DNA of 64,000 nucleotides from Macrostomum lignano (lineage: Eukaryota), in NCBI GenBank assembly GCA_002269645.1, contig NIVC01000035.1:859362-923361 (forward strand). Direction: 5' to 3'. Shown in pieces: positions 63,440 through 64,000 of this stretch. Within the stretch, counting starts at the first letter, position 1. Each line of letters starts with the position of its first letter. The notes under the pieces were generated by a model. It did not search any database. It worked only from the letters and a program-made list of their open reading frames with translations, and had not been told where the DNA came from. The translations under genes and the position numbers were made by a program.

Positions 63440-64000
63440 CAATTTTGGTGTCTTTCCCCGATTGTGGCGTCTCTTTCCCAGATTGTGGCGTCTCTTTCCC
63501 CGATTGTGGCGTCTCTTTCTCCGATTGTGGCGTCTCTTTCCCCGATTGTGGCGTCTCTTTCCCCGATTGTGACGTCTCTTTCCCCGATTGTGGCGTCTCT
63601 TTCCCCGATTGTGGCGTCTCTTTCCCCGATTGTGACGTCTCTTTCCCCGATTGTGGCGTCTCTTTCCCCGATTGTGACGTCTCTTTCCCCGATTGTGGCG
63701 TCTCTTTCCCCGATTGTGGCGTCTCTTTCCCCGATTGTGGCGTCTCTTTCCCCGATTGTGGCGTCTCTTTCCCCGATTGTGACGTCTCTTTCCCCGATTG
63801 TGGCGTCTCTTTCTCCGATTGTGGCGTCTCTTTCCCCGATTGTGACGTCTCTTTTCCCGATTGTTGTGTCTCTTTTCCCGATTGTGGCGTCTCTTTCCCC
63901 GATTGTGGCGTCTCTTTCTCGATTGTGGCATCTCTTTCCCCGATTGTGGCATCTCTTTCTCGATTGTGGCGTCTCTTTCCCCGATTGTGACGTCTCTTTC
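63440..64000. repeat. 21-bp minisatellite (cgattgtggcgtctctttccc), running off the window edge
   Basis: Direct inspection; SFPDCGV 7-aa period. Confidence 0.95.

Overview
This is eukaryotic (metazoan, invertebrate-like) genomic DNA, dense in repeats and transposons. The style is compatible with a lophotrochozoan such as a Macrostomum-type flatworm, but that is inference only. The only host genes I can support form a cluster of about 10 intronless paralogous loci encoding secreted ~245-aa proteins (signal peptide, PAN/apple-like module, C-type lectin domain). Five are intact, three are disrupted and two are 3'-only fragments. The paralogues are nearly identical in the middle, hypervariable in the predicted ligand-binding C-terminus, and mosaic for N-terminal, middle and C-terminal types. 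Mobile elements between them: three Loa/R1-like non-LTR copies with (TAAG)n tails, one flanked by an 841-bp direct duplication; a Penelope-like RT/GIY-YIG element; three THAP/P-superfamily DNA transposons; a 6-kb non-autonomous TIR element loaded with minisatellites; a truncated piggyBac; and an Ingi-like non-LTR element. The Ingi-like element has a 2A-like peptide, three PHD fingers and a PWWP domain ahead of APE-RT-RNase H, and it is inserted in the (CTG)n signal-peptide codons of one lectin gene. Many minisatellites and a 1.35-kb (CAGT)n array generate spurious ORFs. All family assignments come from motif recognition by eye; no database searches were run.
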